Assembly: GCA_044892525.1 (NCBI GenBank)
Contig: CM097886.1
Coordinates: forward strand, 2,294,001 to 2,358,000
Direction of reading: 5' to 3'
DNA: 64,000 bases
From: Schmidtea polychroa
Taxonomy: Eukaryota
A program made the position numbers and the translations under genes. Positions 62,660-64,000 of the stretch are shown piece after piece; within the stretch, counting starts at the first letter, position 1; each line of letters starts with the position of its first letter. The notes under the pieces were generated by a model, which was not told where the DNA came from, did not search any database, and saw only the letters and a program-made list of their open reading frames with translations.

Positions 62660-62874
62660 GAGGTGGCCGGACAAAATGTCACCGGACAGAATGTTATGTG
62701 GACAAAATGTCGTGGACAAAATGTCATGGTATAAATGTTGTTGATAATATACCATTGCGACATGTTGGGTGTGATCAGTATCTTTGCGACCAATACCCAT
62801 AGGGGGACAAAATATTTTGTCGGATAAACTCTGAGTATGTATATTTTGTCCACGACATTTTGTCCACGTTGCTC
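62660..62874. mobile_element. MITE with ggacaaaatgtc subterminal repeats (Mutator-like)
   Basis: Imperfect TIR gag..ggacaaaatgtc / gacattttgtcc..ctc with repeated ggaca(a/g)aatgt motifs. The TSD is not clean. Confidence 0.6.
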
Positions 62875-63467
62875 ATCGAGTAAAAGTAAATCAATGATGA
62901 GAACGAAATGACAACGATGATGCCAACAAAGGAATTAGAGCATTATGAAGGCTTACAGTTGTGAAAGGATTTGAATCAATTGACAATAACTTTGAGAGAA
63001 ATTCGAAAGTTGTTAAAAGATTGCTAGACAACATCACATGCTACACTAAATTCTTCGAGAAAGAACGAGATTCTCAATTATGCAAAAGTCACTGACATCT
63101 TTTTCTAAGCCAGTGCCTCAAATACCCTCACCTTCAAATCCTATCATTCAACAGCCATCATCGCCTCAACAACCATCAACATCAACGCTAGACTCTCCAC
63201 CGAGCAAGAGAAAAAGAGTCGTTTAAGGGTCAGATGACGAGTCTCAACTATCTCCTTTAACCTTCTTCAATGATATTAAATTTTATTTACCTTTCATTAC
63301 GTGTTTTATTTTTAAATTGAAACTGTTTTTTCATTATTATTAGTTTTAATATTAGTTTTATTGCACAAATAATAAATTATAGTGTAAACAAGTTTAAAAA
63401 AGCAAGTGGCTCGCATTGCGTCGGTTGTCTGGAACCATACCCGCCTTATTACTGAGATGTACCTGTA
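62875..63467 (+). mobile_element. Tigger/pogo-like transposon, 3' remnant
   Basis: FESIDNNFERNSKVVKRLLDNITCYTKFFEK resembles the Tigger C-terminal DPN.ERS.KV...CY motif. It ends in ...ttactgagatgtacctg-TA, a Tigger-like CAGGTAC TIR with a TA target. Confidence 0.6.
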
Positions 63468-64000
63468 CATGAAAAAACTTTTCGATATAATACAATTCCT
63501 AATCATTCCTAAGTGGAATTTTACTTTGATATATCTTGTTCGACTTTATTTTTGGAAAGTTTTCAACTCTTTATTCCTTGATTTCCTTTCTAGTTAAGTT
63601 TGTTTGGTTTGGTTTTGACTCATTGAGCGTGTGAGTTTTCTGGTTGCAGAATTTTGTTGATTTTGAGTGTTTGTTGGTTTGAGAGTTTTCCGGTTAGTTA
63701 TCTTTCACCTTTGTATGTTTTTGGTAAGCTGGTTTTTGTTAGCTTTTGTTGTTTTTATGTTGTTGGTGCTAGGGTATTTATACCTTTTATTCAACTCAGG
63801 TAGCTTAGCGTGTCATTCTAACCACCCGACCAATCATTTGCGTACGTTCAGGGAAGTGCCATTGAATTAGTACTTACCTTTATAAAGATAAAAACTTATA
63901 ATTCAAAAAATTACGAATTCAATTGCTCAATCAATTATGTCGCTGAAGCCACAAACATTACAGCAGACAATCTATAAAGAATAGAAACAGACATAAACCT

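Overview
AT-rich, intron-containing eukaryotic (animal) DNA with three N gaps (768-940, 44216-44349, 50013-50203). The ~43-76 nt minimal introns, base composition and a TRAF-like relic suggest a planarian-like flatworm, but this is inference. Host genes I could build exon by exon: a secreted phospholipase A2 (-), nucleoporin TPR (-), a taxilin head-to-head with TPR (+) and SCAMP (-, one exon not found). There are also two orphan ORFs and decayed TRAF-like and GRB2-like (SH3-SH2) pseudogenes. The rest is mobile DNA: four hAT MITE families with perfect 8-bp target-site duplications (TSDs), a decayed Buster-type hAT, and remnants of Tc1/IS630, Merlin and Tigger transposases. It also holds a gag-only LTR element and a Polinton/adintovirus-like fragment (A32-type ATPase). 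The main unexplained signal is a dispersed, GC-richer, multi-ORF family that I do not recognise and in which I see no transposase. It has ORF-A (AT-hook), ORF-B (coiled coil with a 'GTWFSP' motif and a basic tail) and a convergent ORF-C ('RW[YF]C'). It occurs as five ORF-B copies, two ORF-B tail fragments and two extra ORF-C fragments, with conserved gene order between highly diverged copies. One copy lies beside a possible decayed tyrosine recombinase. All translations were done by eye and no database search was run.
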